Source: Basidiobolus meristosporus CBS 931.73
Taxonomy: Eukaryota; Fungi; Basidiobolomycota
Length of the DNA: 64,000 nt
Direction of reading: 5' to 3'
Assembly (NCBI GenBank): GCA_002104905.1
Contig: MCFE01000451.1
Location: 1-64,000, forward strand
Shown here: in pieces, positions 1 to 12,062 of the stretch
How positions within the stretch are numbered: the stretch's first letter is position 1
How the letters are laid out: each line of letters starts with the position of its first letter
Made by a program: the position numbers and the translations under genes
The notes under the pieces: generated by a model
Database searches by the model: none
What the model was told of the DNA's origin: nothing
What the model saw: only the letters and a program-made list of their open reading frames with translations

Positions 1-8
1 CAGTCTTC

Positions 9-15
9 TATAAAA
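9..15 (+). promoter_or_regulatory. Candidate TATA box (TATAAAA) upstream of ORF 61..399
   Basis: TATAAAA lies about 50 nt before the ATG at 61. Confidence 0.35.
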
Positions 16-60
16 CGGTAGTCCTGCCTTTCCGCATCCTACAAAGCCCCTCCAAGAAAA

Positions 61-399
61 ATGTCGAGGTTCATCGTACTGTTCCTTATCACGCAAACCC
101 TTGTTTCTTCCAGCCTGCAGCAATGCCAAGAGCCTACTAGTGCTTGTCAGTCAAGCACCCAAGGAGGACTTCTTCACTCGATGGAGTCGCGAATTGGCCA
201 AATGCCAAGCAAGCTCCATTCCATTTGGGACTCAGCAACCTCCGGGATTAATTCACCAACTACACAGCCCCCTTCGAACCGTTTCTTCCCCAAGCCAACT
301 ACGGCAAACAAGAATACCTCTTCATCCAACCATAGCATCTCACAAGTACTGAGCATAATGATCTTCCTGGCCGGACTGACAGTGGTGGCAACAAGCTAA
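61..399 (+). CDS. Small secreted Ser/Thr-rich protein, possibly GPI-anchored (112 aa)
   Basis: Hydrophobic N-terminus (MSRFIVLFLITQTLVSS), Ser/Thr/Pro-rich middle, hydrophobic C-terminal tail (VLSIMIFLAGLTVVATS) after a polar SSSN spacer, upstream TATA. No family recognised. Confidence 0.55.
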   Translation: MSRFIVLFLITQTLVSSSLQQCQEPTSACQSSTQGGLLHSMESRIGQMPSKLHSIWDSATSGINSPTTQPPSNRFFPKPTTANKNTSSSNHSISQVLSIMIFLAGLTVVATS

Positions 400-1181
400 C
401 TCAGCAGAGTTGACTGCTCTAATCAGACTTCACGTATATAAAATCAGTTAGCATCTTTACATTTCAACTGACTTGGAGTTGACAGATTCGCACTCTTGTT
501 GGAATAGCAAGATGAGACGGGAAGTGGGAAAGTGTTGTTGGATGTAGGCGATTTACAAGCACACTAGGAGACTATTGGTTCTGTGTAATTACAAGCGAGA
601 TTCAAAAGGAAAAGGAAAAGGAAAATTGATGGCGACGATTCGGTCCAAGTGCAGCATCAAAATTCCACCCACATGTGTGCCAATGCTGGCAAACTGGCGA
701 TTGATTCTACAACTTCACTGACCCGTGATGAGCCGGATCAGTGGTAAAGCAGTAAAATTAGCTCACTAAGCGCCATTATGCCAATGCTTCGTCAGCCAAT
801 GGCAGAGAATTTTTGCAAATTCTATTTAGTGTGGGATTTGAGCTTATCACCACAATGATGCTAAATGTTATAGGCTGTGCAACTGAAAGCCGGGCTCGAT
901 TGAAGCCTCAAAATGAACAGTCACTCTGGCAGGGTCAACCCAGAGGTTAGAGGGCAGCATGAGTGTGAATGTGCCAGCTTTTATTGGGACGATCTATATA
1001 GGCAGAGTAAGGCCAGGCTGCGCGAGATGGATAGGGATGGTTCGAAGCCGTAATGATCACTGGTTATTTTATTATATTGCCACGCTCTTTTATTGTGGAG
1101 TTTTTCAGCAGCCAACCACTTGACAAACATACCCGCAGTTGCAAACCATATTTAGAAGAGGAAGGCACTGGACACCACTCA

Positions 1182-1478
1182 TCAATTGCTATCCCCATCA
1201 GCCTCGTCTTCGTCATCGTCTGCATCATACTGATTTTGTGCCTCGGGTAGCAGATAAGCATAGTTGTCAGCATAACCTTCAAATTCATTTTCCTCATACT
1301 CATCACCTGGTATGTAGTCAACCGCATTTCCAATCTTTTGTCTCCAAGTGTCCAGCGTCTCGATAGCTGGATTCACTACCACCGGGTAAACCTCCCGCGG
1401 AGCATGATCTTCAGCCTGCTCCGTCAGGGCAAGCAAGCTGAGAGAGGAGGCAAATGATAGGATTAGGATCGGGAGCAT
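1182..1478 (-). CDS. Small secreted acidic, Tyr-rich protein (98 aa)
   Basis: Signal-peptide-like MLPILILSFASSLSLLALT; 24 Asp/Glu against 3 Lys/Arg; 7 Tyr; tandem TGA TGA stop; TATA-like sequence near 1545-1551. Confidence 0.55.
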   Translation of the reverse strand: MLPILILSFASSLSLLALTEQAEDHAPREVYPVVVNPAIETLDTWRQKIGNAVDYIPGDEYEENEFEGYADNYAYLLPEAQNQYDADDDEDEADGDSN

Positions 1479-4400
1479 TAGTCAATGTCAGTTAGAGGTG
1501 AGAAGATCGATTATTGAAAGAGATGCATCTTGAGACGCACGCTGTTATATAGGATTCCAATGGTCAGCAGCTACACGTGTCTTGTTTCCCGTTGCAATCC
1601 CTCTTTCGACGGGATTTCGTCTAGGAGCAATACTCATCCTGATACTACCTGAGCCAGTGATTTCGGCCGCTATCCCGCGGCTTTAATCCGCTAGCCAACA
1701 ATAGGAAGCAAGATCATGGCCACATAGATATGTATATATGTAAAGGGTCTAACAATACATCTGATTTTATTGCCACATCGGGATGGCTAGTTCACTTGGA
1801 CATCTCTGGTCGATATGGTTCGGCAGAGTCCCATTGGGAGAGGATATGAAATTCTTGGTGGCATGCCTGCTATAGGCCCGGAGATAACCTCTGGGGGAAG
1901 ATCAGCAAATCACCCATTCCCTTTCTTGCTCCCTTCATTATATTCCGCTCAGAGCACCCGTCACCCTTCATTAATCTCTTTGCTCCATACCGTGTGTGTG
2001 ACTTGCCACCGAAGTAGGTTAGGCCCTGGCTGCAAGTTTAATTTAGCGGTAACTCTTCTAGCTGATCGATCTATTCTGCTAGATCTCCCGGAGGGGAATG
2101 TGGACGTGTCTCTACGTCCTCTGCCGAGGAGCAGTTGGAGTTTAGGCTAGCCCCAGGAATTTGCCTCACTGGTCACGCCGCATCTTTATTGGCGCAGTCT
2201 GTGCAGAATCAACGCGCCTCTGGAACATGGTCTCTTTCCATGTTGCACCAACCCAAACCTCGTCTGGGATCGCTAAGCTTCTGGGCAGCGGCTAGGTAAA
2301 TCTAGTTGGCATGCTCCCCGTCCCGGCACGGTTTGTGCGGATAGGTAAGTACGGCCACGTTGGCTGCATGCTCTGCCTCCCTGAGAACACCATACCGCAT
2401 AATGTGTCGGGAATTGGGGCGACCTAAAAACATAGGGCTTGTTGGCGTCTGGATAAGAGCATTTGGCCATATCATGTGCCTCTGCTTATGCCAGCCTTCT
2501 GCTATATATGGGACGAGTCCTTTGGTTAAGGTGGATGGCAAGGGCGGTAAGAAACACTTAGCCTAGTCCCCAGGTGTGGTTTCGGATTCAAGGACGTATC
2601 CAACACCATTGTCAACAGTGGGCAAAGGTACATCCCATTCTCGGGCCGGATACCCAAGGAGAATGAGCAGAAATGAATGGGCTGCTGTAGCTTGGTGTGA
2701 GTTGCAGCCTAACATTCAGGCGACCCCGATACGTGACTGTTGATGAGATGGGCGCTACTCCGCTGAGCAGATTGCTTGAATGCTCTACTCCGAAATCCAG
2801 TGGATCCGGTCTAATCCATCGATGCCAACCAACGTGCTCAGCCATCAAGCACCAGCTAGCTCGGAAGGCGTGTCTCGAAATCAATTACCAAGAAGCAAAT
2901 ACGGCATCACAGAGTAGCTAGGGCAATTACGGTTAGCAGCGTTAATTGGCAACTGCAAATAAGCCGCATTTGCAAAGCTGCTGTGGCACTAGGCGCTGCG
3001 TTGCCCCAAATGACCTCATGAAAGGAATTGCCTTGATCTTGCTTCCGCCAGGCCGGTTCAAGAACATAAATTGATTTCCTACCATGCCTCGTCTGAGTGG
3101 GCCAATCGCTGGCGCCTCTAAATTTAGACGGGACCATCTATTTCGAAGGGAATGGCCACTGGAAACGATAGCGATGGATTGACTCAGATTACGCATCAAT
3201 TCGAATCCAAATCAGATGCATTGTTTGTGTGAATCCACATCTCTCTCAATTGGGTGGCATAAAATGTGGAGCAGGGCGGCGACATTTACGCTTTGATTGC
3301 TTGATTGCCTCAAAGAATTAGGGAATAATTAACAGGACTTTATGTGAGAGTTCAGGAGAGAGCTCAGGCAGGGGGTTCAGTGCTCCCGCGGTCGGATTCA
3401 ATCAGGTTGGTTGGCAGCCCCATCAATCCATTAGTCGGTGATGATGCGTCTCATGATGAGAAAATTTTCAGCAACGAGAGCCCCAAGCCATAGCCATTTT
3501 GTGCGGATTCCGATACATGGTGATGGCTTCGGTCCCTCTTTTCCCAATTCATCGAATGGACAGGCGTTCTAGGATCGGCCAGTTCTTGAACATATGTGAG
3601 GTGTTACCAAGCTCCAAGAGCATTCTCAAGCATGTTCCAATCTCCCATATTTGTAGATTGTGCTCGATGGGGCTGATTCAAAGTGCTACAATCAGGTCTT
3701 CGTGGAATCACCGATTTGTCTAGCCAGAATGGCTCTAAGACACATTAGCCCATTCAAACAGATGTACCATGGAGAGCCAGGCTTGGACTGCTTCGGTCAC
3801 CTGACACTTCAATCCCTCGTAACTCAAATAATGCCGCTAATGGGCAGTAATGAAGCTCTGCATGGAGTCTAGGCAAATCAAACTTGAATCGGAGAGGATA
3901 TGTGCCATTCTGGTTGATTCGTGTGGACGGGCAGGGAAGGTGCGAACTTCACCCACGCTAGTTGCGAACAAGTCATTAGCCACCTGGTCGGGGAACCGAT
4001 AGCAGCAGTCAATGTGCACCCAATGCTAGACATCATGGTCCAGGTAATGTATGGTGCATCGACGAAAACGCCGTCATGTTTCTTGGAACTTTCGAATCGT
4101 CTTGTTCCAACTAACAGGTTGGTATCAGAGGATTCGGAGATTTCAGCACCTACTAATTGGGTGGCATTAACTTTTTCCGCTAGGATCAGCCATATCGGAT
4201 CTCACCTGTAGGCTACCAACAGGAACAACAACAAGCTGGGGTGCTTCCTATGACAAATATGGTGGTGGCCTATCAGGGACAAAGGGATTTTCTCAAAATA
4301 TAGTCAAGAATCCTCCTGGACGTATCGAGAACGGACCCGCAACAGGTTTAACTAGATCAGTCGGCGAGATATGGGTTGCGATGAGCCTAGGGTAAACCAA

Positions 4401-5073
4401 TGTAACAGAGGCTCAGGATGGATCTCCCAAGGCTCACTCGCTTGGACCTAGCCATCTGAACCGGCTGGCCACGAGCCATCAGCATTGAATATGGTCTGCA
4501 CGAGATCATGGGATGGAATTGACCAGTTGGCCACCAAAAACAGCGGTGGTCATTTGCCTGAAGTGGGAAAGTTGTGATTCAGGAAGTCCCAGTGAGAACA
4601 ATTGCGAATGGAACCATCGCAATTACCATAATGCGCTCAAGCCCTAATCCTGAAAAGGTGTGGCCGCATTTGTAGCGTTTTGAGATAAATCCCCAACAAT
4701 AGTTGTGGCTACAAGTCAGCCCCTTGATACGGTCTTTGTGATAATGATGGCCAGACTGTTACGCAAGCTGATCCGAAGATAGCCTGGCAATGGAATAGGG
4801 GCTGTTGCAGGACAGCAGCTCCCCAACCACTCAGCTTGGAACTCTGTCGCCATACTTGCGCCTGCAACCTGTAGCTTCGATTTGATCGTAGAGGCACATA
4901 TCCTCACCAGAAAGGCAGAATAGCCGCTGGGTAGGGTTGGCCCAATGCTCCTTACAGCCATGGGGAATCGCATTCTATCCCAAGTTGGGAAGACTGAGTC
5001 GCAGGTGTAAGACAGCAGTGGGGTTCGGAATTGATCAGCTCGGATGTAATTTGATCAGGAACGCAAAAACCTG

Positions 5074-5168
5074 ATTGGCTCAAGAGGGCGGTTTAAGTGA
5101 ACGTAATACAAGTTGGGAAAACTCAACTCCACGGTGTTCCTGAATATTGGCATTCTCGATGTATATAA
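5074..5168 (+). promoter_or_regulatory. Candidate promoter of ORF 5386..5886
   Basis: ATTGG (reverse CCAAT) at 5074, GGGCGG at 5086 and TATATAA at 5162, followed by a CT-rich leader. Confidence 0.35.
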
Positions 5169-5385
5169 GTAACTGGAAGTGCCCTTGATAGTCACGCCTG
5201 CTCATCGGTTTCGGCAATATTTGGTGGTTTTAACTGTGCTTTCTTCGACCAAGTTTGAGCAGCCTACGCTACCTGCAGACAGCCCTTTATTTTACTATCC
5301 TTCGGCTACATCGAGTGCTTGTGCTAGGTCCCCCTTCCCCTACACCTCGCTAGTATCCTTCCACCTGTGAGCCTGTCCGACAACC

Positions 5386-5886
5386 ATGATGAACCGTTTG
5401 GTGCGCAAGTGCTCTTCACTGGCTGCTGGCGACTTGTGGGTCCCTGATATGAGCAATAGCATGATGGAAAACCAAGCCATCACCAATGAAACTGCCATTG
5501 CCAAGATGAGCCTTCATCGAGTCAGATCTCCACTGAGTGGATCATTTAGTATCGATTACCTGTGTAAATACATAGCAACTTGCCCAAACACTACCTCCAC
5601 TACAAGCCCTGACCCCGCAGGGCCTCTTGATTGCACCTTCTCAAGTGAAGAATTGGAGGAGCTGAGCAATTCTTCATTATCCACTGTGTACGGTGGACTC
5701 TCCCCTGGAATGTCTATGTTGTCGGAACTTGAAGAGCAAGACGTGGGCTCTGGATACATATCTTTCCCGCCTGTTGATGAGATCATCAACTCGGATATCC
5801 CCTGCAACGAGGGGAGTCCAAGCTCCACACGCACTCTCTTTGGAACCATTTCCAACTCCATTCGGAAACGTGCTGCTAGTGTATGA
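5386..5886 (+). CDS. Hypothetical Ser-rich, largely disordered protein (166 aa); motif-sharing paralog of 9196..9546
   Basis: ATG in CAACCATG context with upstream promoter elements. Carries RKCSSL, DLWVP and YISFPPVD, which recur in the same order in ORF 9196..9546. Confidence 0.65.
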   Translation: MMNRLVRKCSSLAAGDLWVPDMSNSMMENQAITNETAIAKMSLHRVRSPLSGSFSIDYLCKYIATCPNTTSTTSPDPAGPLDCTFSSEELEELSNSSLSTVYGGLSPGMSMLSELEEQDVGSGYISFPPVDEIINSDIPCNEGSPSSTRTLFGTISNSIRKRAASV

Positions 5887-6823
5887 TTGACCGCCTCGCT
5901 TTCTGTTGAGAATAGTATGATATCCTATTTGGCGCCGACGTATTCCTACGCTTAGTGCCTACGGTTCTTGCACAAACTCGTTTCCATTTCGTATACATAA
6001 TTCCCTCGACTTCTAAAGTCTCCCGGATTTCCCGTCCTCTAACCGCACCTCCTCTCCATGCTCTAACTCTGTAACTTAACCTTCTCATATGGAGAGCCGA
6101 ATTCCAGTCAGCCTTCGTAGATGCGAGTGAGCCTCTTAGTTCCTTGCTAATGCTGTACAAAGTGGTAGTTTTATCAGACGTCTTTTTGTATCCTTCCGCT
6201 GTATATTTTTGCCCTGCTTTTGGTTCCATTGTGCTTCCCTCATACATACTTTTTGTCATTTTACCCTTGGTACCTCACATTGCTCTATGATTCGGTGGTG
6301 CGCCTTGCTACTTGCCAAACATTGGACAGATTCGCAAGAATCTCATTGGCCCCCGAGATCTCAACAAATTTCCCATGTTAATACATGAACATAAATCATG
6401 ATTACCATACACACTTCACGATTTATATCGGAATCGCCTCGAACAAGAGGCTGATCTATGAATCAAGCATGCTTCACACTAAGCCTCAATTTCTGAAAAG
6501 TACATCTCAGCCAGGAGCCATTGTGGTTGCATAAATGGGTAAGGATCCAGGTCCCCAGATATCTATGCAGTGGCTCAACGCATAAATGTGGAAGGAAATA
6601 GTGACTTTTGGGTGGCATTGCTTCGCAATCATTCCCGTTTGCTGGTTGCGTTCTTGAATAGGAATCAGGAATAAAAGGGCCATTTCTGAATAAAATTAAC
6701 CACCCTAACCAGTTGACCCATCCCGCCGCAATCACAGTCCAGGTAAAAGAAAAAAAATCTTCCCCACCTTATTCCAGCTATATATGCCAACAGCGAAATT
6801 TCTACACGGTTGAAGTCGATAGA

Positions 6824-8674
6824 ATGGACCCCGAAGTCAAGCAACTATCCAACGATCCCCCTGCGGAAACCAAAAAACCCCGGAAACGCTTTGTTGGTAA
6901 AGCTCGCGGTGCGACGAAAAGCTCGGTCGCCGGTGACCCAGGGAGCATCGAGGACGGCGTCGCCATTATTAAGAGTGAGTAGACTTCCGTCCGGTTTATC
7001 CGACAAGGAAGGGGACAAGTGGTTCTATCACCTACTCTTGGGTTCCTTCAGCTGAGATAATTCTTATTAATCAACTTACCCCAGATGCTCGCTCCAGCGG
7101 AAAGAATAATCGTTTAGCCTCTCAAATACCTGATGATATTCTGAACGATCCTTTGTTAGCCAAAGCGATGGAACAAGTGAGTGCGACATGTATGCAATGG
7201 TTATGTTTTCCGCGGAAAATCCTGATCGTACTTCGATAGCTTCCCTCAAATTACAACTTCGAAATATACAAGACAGTTTGGGGTATTAGACGTGCCAACG
7301 CCACTAAAGGTACCACCACATTTCAACGATTTTCACCTGGCCCCTCGCTAACCCGCAACCACCAACAGTCGCACTTCAATTCCCGGAAGGAATCATGTTA
7401 TTTGCTTGTACTATAGCAGATATCCTGGAAAGGTACCTGGCCGCGACTTTCTCTTGGCAGAGTTGCCTCCGTAACTCCATGTATATATAGGTTCTGCAAG
7501 GTTGAGACTGTAGTTATGGGTGATGTTACATATGGAGCGTGCTGCGTTGATGATTTTACTGCACGCGCACTTGGGTGTGATTATATGGTTCACTACGGGC
7601 ACAGTTGTCTTGGTTGGTTTTGTAATATGCTTTATTCACTTCGATCACGGACTTATCCCCTTCAATAACAGTCCCCGTCGACGTTACCACCATCAAGACG
7701 ATGTACGTCTTCGTAGATATCGGAATCGACACACAACATTTCATAGATACTGTTAAATACAACTTCCCCGCTGGGTCGAAGCTGGCCATCGTTGGGACCA
7801 TCCAGTTTGTCACAGCTATTCAGGGGGCCAGAGGGCTTTTGGATACTGACTACACGATACTTGTGCCACAATCCAAGCCTCTCTCCCCTGGTGAAATTCT
7901 TGGATGTACCTCACCCAAGCTTCCCGAGCAAGATGCAATCATGTAAGTGTAGCACCGACTTGACTCAGTATCATATATGCATGATCCACTCATCTGCAAT
8001 ATCCCATATAGCTACTTGGGTGATGGCCGATTCCATCTCGAATCTATCATGATCCATAACCCAACCATCCCAGCATACAAGTGAGCATGCCCGTCTCCGG
8101 AGACTTGCCGTGGTTGTTTGCTCACACTTGCACCTTGTAGGTATGACCCCTACAACAAGAAGTTCACCCGCGAAAGATATGACCACAGTCAGATGCACTC
8201 GATTCGCCAGCATGCTATCGAGGTGGCGAAGAAGGCCAAGACTTTCGGGCTGATCCTAGGAACGCTTGGTCGTCAGGGAAGTCCCAAGATCATGGTGAAT
8301 ATCGAAGAGAAGCTGAAGGCCCGAGGACTGGATTATGTCGTCGTGCTTCTCTCCGAGATCTTCCCGAGCAAGCTGGCCCAATTCGAACATGTGGATGCGT
8401 AAGTGTGGTGGTGTACCTCGAATATAAACCGCTCGGCTCATCGATTTTATTTCACAGATGGATCCAAATCGCTTGCCCACGCCTATCTATCGATTGGGGA
8501 TATGCATTCGCCAAGCCGTTGCTCACCCCCTATGAGGCATCGGTGGCACTCGAGGCCATCCCCTGGCAGGAGGTATATCCCATGGACTTCTACTCCAATG
8601 ACAGTCTTGGCCCATGGACGGTGAATCATGGGCGCGGCGTACGTGTCAAGAAACCCAAGGAACCTACCAATTGA
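6824..8674 (+). CDS. DPH1: Diphthamide biosynthesis protein 1 (2-(3-amino-3-carboxypropyl)histidine synthase subunit 1), 9 exons
   Basis: Exons 6824-6974, 7085-7176, 7240-7309, 7369-7432, 7491-7612, 7672-7942, 8012-8080, 8141-8398, 8458-8674 with GT-AG introns give one continuous frame. Family motifs present: [89 protein letters not shown]. Confidence 0.96.
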
Positions 8675-9195
8675 TATTTGTTTATTTATGTACCAAATCG
8701 CCAACATACACATATGAGTGTGTAGTAATAAAATCCCCACGATTAGAAAACCACCCCAAGAGCTACTATTCAAGGCAACCGACACGAGTGGCCGAACCAC
8801 TTTCAGCAGTTAGAGGATTGGCTTTATGTGGACTGACACAAATGGCTATTGATGGGACACACTGTGGTGGACTAACGGAATAGTGGGCTTGGGACATACC
8901 AAAGGTATACACTGTTTGGATTCAATGAATGGCTTCACTGAGGGGCTTTAAGCGATTTGGCAACTACCAAACATCAGTGAGGTAGACCAGAGGAGTGGTT
9001 CGGCGCATACTTCATACCACCTCCGGCTGGCGAACATGAAAGGGATATATAGAGGAATGGGGAATGTATTTACACACTAGTGAGGGAAGTGCAAGCACAC
9101 GACCTTAAGTAAACGAGTGAATCCGCAGGGAAGGAAACGAACCGAAATTAATTATACATCACCAGAGGGCATCTGGCGCGGCGGACCCACTGACT

Positions 9196-9546
9196 TCATT
9201 TCATGGAGATCTTTTGAAGCCAACTGGTGAGTCCCTGATCCTTGCTGGATCTCACCTCGACTATGGCCACTTGGGCTTCGCTGTTGGCCTGATCGGTGTC
9301 GTCATCGAAGTGAGGGAAAGAAATGTAGGTAGAGGCGGGCCTGCTTCTGGCAACGATCAACGAATCATCCTCTGAAGTGAAGCGTAGCATGGTGGCCACG
9401 AGCGAGTTGCGTTTGCCCAAGGACTTGTCGCTGGCGACGACTGTGGTGGTGTCACAGAGCTGAATCGAGCCACGACGGACGGGCACCCAGAATTCATCTT
9501 TGTTGAGGGAGGATTTACGAAGGGATTCTCCTTGGCTGGTTCTCAT
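9196..9546 (-). CDS. Hypothetical disordered protein (116 aa from ATG 9546); motif-sharing paralog of 5386..5886
   Basis: ATG at 9546 follows a CT-rich leader with TGACGTAA upstream. Carries RKSSL, DEFWVP and YISFPHFD, plus the basic-Ser motifs RRGS and KRNS. Confidence 0.6.
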   Translation of the reverse strand: MRTSQGESLRKSSLNKDEFWVPVRRGSIQLCDTTTVVASDKSLGKRNSLVATMLRFTSEDDSLIVARSRPASTYISFPHFDDDTDQANSEAQVAIVEVRSSKDQGLTSWLQKISMK

Positions 9547-12062
9547 TTCTAGTGGATTTGTCCTGGTCTGATGGGGGAGTGGGTGCGGAAGGGTAGAAAT
9601 CGAAGGGGGAGCCCAGGGCAAGATGAAGGAGAATTTTACGTCAAATGGTTAACCTGGCTACGAATGCGAGAACCTTGGCTCGGTCAACAAGTGGGATCGG
9701 GAATTCCGAGGGAGACGGGAGATCAATGGAATAGCAACTGAATCGATGAGTAGTGTGCTTCCTCCATGCCAGCCGCTAACTTAAATATCTCCCTGGAGGT
9801 CACCCTCGTCCAGACATTACCACCGCTTGGTAGGACACCCACCGCTGAAGGTTGGCCAATCCGAGGCCTGAAAATCATGGGGTTTGTGACTTGGACATGC
9901 GTGATATCATTTCACCAAATATTTCTGAAAACGATGAACTCATTCATTCGAAATTCTGATATACTTTGTCCCACCACCGTTTGGCTAGGTCACGGTAGCT
10001 CCGAGCTAGTGAGCATCCACCGAACCATAGCCAATGATCGACGGATCTAAGATCAACAGGGAATTGCGCAGGTGATATACGATTACCAGGTTGAGGCCAG
10101 GATAACCTACAGGGAACGCTCAGAGATGGATTGCATGGGCTGTTGTTATGCGGTTCACTTGGCGGATGGCGGCGGCACGTTGCGTCGTATTCGTCCAATG
10201 CCGAACACCACCATCCTTCCCGCCTGGTGCAGCCCTCGTCTGTGAGCGGGTCCATCGCTCCTGTGAAGCGCATGTTCCCTGTGTCTGAATTACGCTTCGT
10301 CAAAGAAAACGAATCGAATTCCTAAAGAGTCCGGTAAGTGGTGATGACGGTCACCCGTTGCAGCAAGCCTAGTGTCATCACCACTCTCCACCAATTGTCG
10401 GAGGCTTGATTGATGTATCAATAGATAATTCATTACATCAGCGAATCATCAATACAGGAATTGGATGTCCGCTCTGCTTAAAACCATTCCTAGTATAGCT
10501 ATAGTTAGTGTGAATTCGAGATATGAAAATGAGGTCATCCCCCATGCATGGTTTCATGCTTTCGTTTTTCGCCAGCGATGCGGAGTTGAGGCGGTATCAG
10601 AAGGTCCTCCGCGAGCCACCGTAAGTGGCTACGATCGAGTTTGCACCGGAGGTGAATCGGGTCGATTTCGTCTCTGGTAATGATGCGAATCCTCCCGATT
10701 CCCGATATTTACTCCCCTCCCATGCCATCTGACCTGAAGGTTGGCCAGCCCTATTTTTGGCCATGCTGAGTTGATGAGATCCGCAGGCGGCTGATTGGGT
10801 TCATTGGGTGGGATTGCCTTGGAGCGCCTTGGTATGCATAAATTCAATGCTGCGTAATAGGACAGGTTTGTGTGCTTGTATAGGCGAATTTGAGACAAGA
10901 AAACGCTAATGACCAATGTCTTGTTTGTGCTGACTTTTATTAACAACACTGTCCAGCCTGTTTATAGAGCCAAGGTGGTAGAGGGGGGGGGTTGATGACA
11001 GCAGTAAGTATCGGGCAAATGAGATTCTGATCCGTGACTCATGGAGATGCTCAGGGCTAGGGGAGCGCTGATGCGTTGCTGTTTGGATGATGTCAAGGAG
11101 CATACACCGCCAACGTAAACAGGAAAGTTGCCTTATCTTCGTCACAAGAGGCTTACCGAGGACTTGCTTAAATGGATAGGGAACAAGGGTTCTCGAACCA
11201 GAGTACTCCGTCTATCTCGGAGTGCAAGGATTCATCTATAGATATAGAATTCATGTAAACACTCTCCGAAGATTCTCCATTCTGCTTGGCGTTTGTTGAA
11301 AAGGCTGTTTACACCTTAGGGTCCCCCCAGCGGCCCAGTAGAAACCAGCGATGTATCTGGGAGTAGATGAAGTTTCTGATTAATATGTACATACCAGTGA
11401 TGTACACCAGATCCATGAAACCCCATGACAAAGCGGTTGGAAGTCAGAGAGGCCATATAATCAGCTAAGCATATGGGATCATTAGAAACCGTTAGCAGTG
11501 ATGTTCGAGGATTGTTGCTCCTGTTAGATGGTAATCAGAACTCGACCATTGGGATGGAATTTATCGAGGGGATTTTCATCTATCTGCGAATGCGATCTCA
11601 GCCACGGTAATGTTTCGAAGGTCCACTACCACGCGAACAGGTATAATGAGACATGTCAGAGGGATTCCAGCTCTGCTAGCCCTTGGAAGCCCATATGATA
11701 TGTTGTTGCGGGGTCCGATACAGGCCCGATGGGACCACTTGACGGTTTGATATATGTTCCCATCCTAGATACTCATCTGGTGTGGCGGAGCGAGATGGAA
11801 CGCATGTTCGTTTGGCACGATTGGTCGTGTTGTCCAGACCGTTGCTTGACATGGTTTGGATATTCTCGAAGTACGTGGTGAGATATAGGATGTGATTGGC
11901 TGGCCACCGCAGGCCATCCGCTCTTTTTTCCCAGAAACACCCATAGGTTGGCCAATCACCATGTCAGGTGATACAGCCAATCAGGTCCTTTTGATAACAC
12001 GTTAAATTTCGATGCGGTAGTCGGTTCCCCTCTTGTTCGTTCTCACTTTTCATATATCACAC

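Noticed and set aside
1037-1051. T-loop-like hairpin ATGG-TTCGAAG-CCGT suggesting a tRNA
   Set aside because: No matching acceptor stem, D arm or anticodon arm could be built from the flanks.
2273-2470. 65-aa Cys-containing ORF with a TATA-like element upstream
   Set aside because: No signal peptide, family motif or second copy, and the length is within chance expectation.
5876-6259. 127-aa minus-strand ORF between the 5386 gene and DPH1
   Set aside because: No recognisable motif; it is largely the antisense of a CT-rich, UTR-like tract. Not excluded, but unsupported.
9944-11980. Short ORFs between the 9546 gene and SNRNP25
   Set aside because: No consistent frame, splice model or motif; treated as intergenic.
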